Shown here piece after piece: positions 25,189 to 27,284 of a stretch of DNA of 27,284 bases. The DNA is taken from the IMG/VR virus record IMGVR_UViG_3300005512_000271, positions 1 to 27,284 of that record. One strand, 5' to 3'. The notes under the pieces were generated by a model that saw only the letters and a program-made list of their open reading frames with translations, had not been told where the DNA came from and made no database searches. The first letter of the stretch is position 1; every line of letters starts with the position of its first letter. Position numbers and translations under genes: made by a program. The stretch comes from a virus (lineage: Duplodnaviria; Caudoviricetes).

Positions 25189-27284
25189 GGTCATTGAGGA
25201 GTATCATAGGGCACAGATCAATGTGATGCCCTTGAAAAGCAAGGGGAAGGAACCTGTGATTGAAAAATGGAACTCCTTGCCGTTTGCATCCCTGGAAGAG
25301 ACTCTGAACCGATTCCGAGGTCGATCCAAATGTAACATTGGGGGGATCTGTGGATCATCCAGTCATGGGGTGATCTGCGGAGACATCGATGCCAATGTGG
25401 AGGCATGGAAATCACAACCTCTGGCGCAAAAGATCCTTGAACAAACTCCTGTGGTCAAAACCGGAAAAGGGTTGCACATCTGGATGCTGTGCCCTGAACA
25501 AACCAAGACCTACATCTGGCAGATGAACGGACAGAAGTCAGGAGAAGTTCGATCCAATGGCGCACAGGTTGTTATTCCTCCAAGCATCCATCCTTCTGGA
25601 ATGCCCTATCAGCTCATCTCCGGTTCCTTTTTCAACATCTATCAAATCCAGCCGGATGAATTGCTGGAACTCTTCCCGCCTACTCAGGAAGCAAAACGAG
25701 GAAGACCCAAGGGATCTCCCAACCGATTCCCCAAGAAATCACAGTATGTCTATGGATCTGTGCGCTGGGGTGATTTCTTCAGAGACCGTGGAGAGGTTGT
25801 CGCAGAGTACGGAGACCGCCTGGAGGTGATCTGTCCCAATGCAGCACAGCATTCTAATCCCAATGCAAACACTGCCAATGTTCATGTCAATCTTGATGGG
25901 TCTGGACGACATGGATTTCATTGCTTTCACAACCATTGTGAAAATCTGAGCTACCAGCAACTGGAAGCATTCTTTGGTGATGCCCTTGATGGATATGGTG
26001 ATCCCTTTGAACCGGAATCACACAAGGCCACCAAGGAAAGCATTGAAAAAATTCTGCAACGCAGACAGGTCGAAGTTCAGGAACCGGAACCGGAAGTTCA
26101 GCAGGATCTTCCAGAAGTCAATCTGCGTCTCTATCAATTCCCTGGACTTGTCGGAGAACTTGCTGATTGGATCTGCCTCACGGCAGACCGTCCTCAACCA
26201 ATCCTAGCGTTGGGCGGAAGCCTTGCCTTACTGGGGTCTGTGCTGGGTCAGAGAGTTGCCTCCGCAACTGATGCGCGGACAAACCTCTATGTGCTGGGCC
26301 TGGGAGAAACCGGAAGTGGCAAGGATCATATCCTCAAGTGCCTGGATCGAATCCTGTTGTCTGCAAACCTAGAGTCTCTCATCACGGGCAATGACTTCAC
26401 TTCTGAAACGGCACTGATCAAGGCTACTCTCCGAGAACCAACCTCTTTCGTGATGATGGATGAAATTGGTGAGATCCTAAAAGGGATTCTGGGTGCTCAC
26501 ACACAAAGCCATGTTGCCAAGATCTCGAAGGTGCTGATGGAGTTCTACTCCTCTGCCAATCGTGCGTATCGATCAAAGGAATATGCCTCTGAGAAAGAAA
26601 ACCCACGGTTTCAGATTGAACAGCCTTGCCTTTCCCTCTACGGCACGACCACACCAACCAGTTTTTACAAACTACTGGAAAAGGAGCATGTGGAGTCTGG
26701 CCTGCTGAATCGCTTGCTGCCTTTTGAGGCACACACTCATGCTCCAGAAATCAACTTTCATCCTGATGATTCCTCTGCTGTTCCTGATCGGTTTGTTCGG
26801 CTACTCACTGAGCTGAGAGAACGAAGCACAAATGTGAACAGTCAGCAGGCGATTGCTTCTCTGAATGTCCGACCTGCTGTGCTGCCCTTTGCCAAGGATA
26901 CTGAAGAGTTCTGGAAGGAAATCTCTCTGGAAACTTATCAGAAACAGGTGGAACAGATTCCTTATTATCAAATGTGGGTCCGTGGTCCCTTGAATGCCCA
27001 GAAGTTGGCTTTGGTTACAGCAACCGCTGCTGGACTCAGGGAGATGCCTTTGAACATCCTTCAACAATGCTGGGCTTTGATTCAGGATCAGATTGAACTG
27101 GTGCTGCGGCACTTTGCTGCTGGGACTGGTAAACTCGATGAAGGGTACACTGGAAAGATCCTTGACTACATCCGACATGCTGGAAGCAATGGACGTTCTC
27201 TGTCTGAGGTTGCCAGACGGTTTCGCACTGTTCAGAAGTGGGAACGAGATCAGATTCTGGAGACGTTGATTGAAGGGAAACTTA
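25157..27284 (+). CDS. Bifunctional DNA primase/polymerase fused to a DUF3987-type P-loop domain (3' truncated by the window)
   Basis: Not in the ORF track because it has no stop. NIGG...GDID, VKTGKGLHIW, VVIPPSIHPSG; later NLYVLGLGETGSGKD, MMDEIG, SGLLNRLL. Confidence 0.88.
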   Translation, partial: MSQNVPESLRKVIEEYHRAQINVMPLKSKGKEPVIEKWNSLPFASLEETLNRFRGRSKCNIGGICGSSSHGVICGDIDANVEAWKSQPLAQKILEQTPVVKTGKGLHIWMLCPEQTKTYIWQMNGQKSGEVRSNGAQVVIPPSIHPSGMPYQLISGSFFNIYQIQPDELLELFPPTQEAKRGRPKGSPNRFPKKSQYVYGSVRWGDFFRDRGEVVAEYGDRLEVICPNAAQHSNPNANTANVHVNLDGSGRHGFHCFHNHCENLSYQQLEAFFGDALDGYGDPFEPESHKATKESIEKILQRRQVEVQEPEPEVQQDLPEVNLRLYQFPGLVGELADWICLTADRPQPILALGGSLALLGSVLGQRVASATDARTNLYVLGLGETGSGKDHILKCLDRILLSANLESLITGNDFTSETALIKATLREPTSFVMMDEIGEILKGILGAHTQSHVAKISKVLMEFYSSANRAYRSKEYASEKENPRFQIEQPCLSLYGTTTPTSFYKLLEKEHVESGLLNRLLPFEAHTHAPEINFHPDDSSAVPDRFVRLLTELRERSTNVNSQQAIASLNVRPAVLPFAKDTEEFWKEISLETYQKQVEQIPYYQMWVRGPLNAQKLALVTATAAGLREMPLNILQQCWALIQDQIELVLRHFAAGTGKLDEGYTGKILDYIRHAGSNGRSLSEVARRFRTVQKWERDQILETLIEGKL

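Noticed and set aside
1-27284. CRISPR array or anti-CRISPR repeat locus
   Set aside because: No regularly spaced direct repeats were seen.

Overview
About 27 kb of a temperate tailed-phage genome with podovirus-type organisation, apparently in excised or virion form. Positions 1-16839 (+) are the late virion module: scaffold, DUF5309/SU10-type major capsid, adaptor, three paralogous fibre-anchor proteins, a fibre tip and chaperone, a lysis cassette with an M15 peptidase, a gp10/tubular-B-like nozzle and three ejection-type proteins. An intact attP (3' half of tRNA-Arg(UCU)) at about 16912-16957 is followed by a tyrosine integrase and a CI-like repressor (-), a divergent promoter with palindromic operators, and a rightward early operon. 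That operon holds an Xis-like HTH protein, several Zn-finger microproteins, a 7-repeat Zn-finger protein, an HNH nuclease, a Sak4-like ATPase, a DUF669-type SSB, an SF2 helicase and a Prim-Pol/DUF3987 primase that runs off the window. The least explained signals are multi-branched structured non-coding segments in the early operon (19446-19588 and 21473-21803). The longer one lies between the Zn-repeat protein, which has a SutA-like C-terminus, and the HNH nuclease. All product calls come from motif recognition by eye; no searches or folding programs were run.
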